Below, piece by piece: positions 62,430-64,000 of a stretch of DNA of 64,000 nucleotides. A program made the translations under genes and the position numbers. Position 1 is the first letter of the stretch, and each line of letters begins with the position of its first letter. Origin of the DNA: an uncultured Prochlorococcus sp. (GTDB lineage: Bacteria; Cyanobacteriota; Cyanobacteriia; PCC-6307; Cyanobiaceae); the NCBI GenBank assembly GCA_902583265.1, contig CACHVD010000004.1, forward strand, positions 4,417-68,416, given 5' to 3'. The notes below the pieces were generated by a model, which saw nothing but the letters and a program-made list of their open reading frames with translations, was not told the DNA's origin and did not search any database.

Positions 62430-62462
62430 ATTCTTTAGATTATTTGCGATTTTGGAATTATT

Positions 62463-63467
62463 TTAATTAAAGTATTCTAAATACCAATTAACAAATAAAG
62501 GTATCCCCTCTTCTATCAAGATCTTAGGTTTATAACCTACCCAGTTAAATAAAGATGATGTATCTGCCCAAGTTGTTTCAACATCTCCTAGTTGCAACTC
62601 TTCAAAATTCTTGATTGCTTTAACTTGAATTGCATCTTCTAATCTTTCGATAAAATTTAGCAAATCAATTGGCTTACCATTTCCAATATTAAAAACTTTG
62701 TGTTGATTAGAGGATGGCGAACCTTTATCTACAGGGGGTTTCAAGCAGCATAAATAAGTTCCATCCACAATATCGGAAATAAAAGTAAAGTCTCTCTTCA
62801 TGCTTCCGAAATTAAAAATTGATATGGGCTGTCTAGAGAGTATATTCTTTGCGAAAATCATTGGTGCCATATCAGGCCTTCCCCAAGGACCATAAACGGT
62901 AAAATACCTTAATCCGGTAATCGACAAATTGTAGATTTCACTATATGAATTAGCCATAACTTCATTTGATATTTTTGTGGCCGCATAAAAGCTCACGGGG
63001 TTATTTATAGTTTGATTCTCAGAAAAAGGATAATTTTTATTTCCTCCATACACAGAACTACTTGAGGCGTAAATTAAATGTTTAATTTCGTATTTTTTGC
63101 ATAATTCCAAAATATTAAAAAAACCAATTAAATTTGACTTAACATATGCTTCTGGATTTTTTATCGAATATCTAACTCCAGCTTGAGCAGCCAAATTAAC
63201 CACAATATCAGGCTTACAATCTTTAAAGATTGTCTCCATATAATTTTTATCTTCTATAGATGCTTTAAAAAATTTCCAAGTTCTTTTATTAATTTTTGCA
63301 TAATTATCAATTTGTTTTAACCTATCGTACTTTAATTCTATTTCATAATAATCATTAAGATTATCTACCCCAAAAACTTTAAAACCTTCAAATAAAAATT
63401 TTTTTACCAAAGATGAACCTATAAAACCTGCAGATCCAGTAATAAGTACAACTTTAAAAGTATTCAT
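62463..63467 (-). CDS. NAD-dependent epimerase (UDP-glucuronate 4-epimerase-like)
   Basis: TGSAGFIG, NLAAQAGVRYS, ASSSSVYG, YAATK, VYGPWGRPDM. Confidence 0.92.
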   Translation of the reverse strand: MNTFKVVLITGSAGFIGSSLVKKFLFEGFKVFGVDNLNDYYEIELKYDRLKQIDNYAKINKRTWKFFKASIEDKNYMETIFKDCKPDIVVNLAAQAGVRYSIKNPEAYVKSNLIGFFNILELCKKYEIKHLIYASSSSVYGGNKNYPFSENQTINNPVSFYAATKISNEVMANSYSEIYNLSITGLRYFTVYGPWGRPDMAPMIFAKNILSRQPISIFNFGSMKRDFTFISDIVDGTYLCCLKPPVDKGSPSSNQHKVFNIGNGKPIDLLNFIERLEDAIQVKAIKNFEELQLGDVETTWADTSSLFNWVGYKPKILIEEGIPLFVNWYLEYFN

Positions 63468-63725
63468 TAAATTTATATGGTATTAGCAATCAGTTTTATA
63501 TTATCAAAAATCTAATTTTATTTATAAGTCAATTAATTAATAATATTTACATAACTACTATTTGATATTCGAAAAATATATACCTCAAAGACATACTATA
63601 GATTTTTAAAATTATCAATTTGAGTTTATATAAACGATCACTTATTTTACTAACACTTTAAAGGAGAATACCTAATTGTATAGTATTAATGTTGATTAAA
63701 TATTCTTTAGAAATTTAAAAAGAAA

Positions 63726-64000
63726 ATGATTAAAGAAATTGAATCTAAGTTAAATTATGAAGATGATAAAACATGCGATCTAAAAATAGCAATAATCCTG
63801 GCTTTTTATAATGGCAATGAATTCATATCAGAGCAAATTTTTTCAATTTTTAATCAAAGTCACAAAAATTTTGTCCTTTTTATAATTGATGATTGCTCAA
63901 CTCAAAAGTTCTCACTCGAAAACTACAACTTATCTTCTTCAGATAAAGCAAAAATAAAATATTCCAAAAGAAATCAAAACTTGGGATATACACTTAATTT
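63726..64000 (+). CDS. GT2 glycosyltransferase (runs off the window end)
   Basis: IAIILAFYNGNEFISEQIFSIFNQSHKNFVLFIIDDCST. Confidence 0.88.
   Translation, partial: MIKEIESKLNYEDDKTCDLKIAIILAFYNGNEFISEQIFSIFNQSHKNFVLFIIDDCSTQKFSLENYNLSSSDKAKIKYSKRNQNLGYTLN

Overview
AT-rich picocyanobacterial chromosome segment. Gene content and order, and an isiB-linked iron-stress pcb gene, point to high-light Prochlorococcus, probably HLII (inference). Most of the window is core genome: polA, cysS, dxr, pntAB, an NTRC-type trxB, infA, ycf39, petM, ilvH, ycf4, psbDC, cobQ, futA, piuC, a porin, glyQ, pcb/isiB, sppA, aroH, rpmH-rnpA-yidC, serS, rseP, rpsN, pnp, cysQ and rsmI. It ends with tRNA-Arg(TCT) and the start of a surface-polysaccharide island. 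The most unusual region is a ~6.05 kb integrase-less element (about 22243-28305) at the 3' end of tRNA-Ser(CGA). Both ends carry two families of phased direct repeats: a 12-bp TTCTCCCAACAC and a TCAGACAC-type motif with 10-bp period. A second copy of the tRNA 3' end is split at TCGA by the cargo. The cargo is one tightly coupled operon of secreted Cys-rich and membrane proteins, including a tandem paralogue pair and an LprI-like lysozyme-inhibitor candidate. It is a candidate mobilisable envelope-defence (poly-immunity-like) cassette. Also seen: a Yfr2-family sRNA, a Yfr1-type site on the porin leader, +1 homopolymer frameshifts in cobQ and futA, and three genes whose N-termini lack a canonical start codon. 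All family calls come from motif recognition by eye; no database searches were run.
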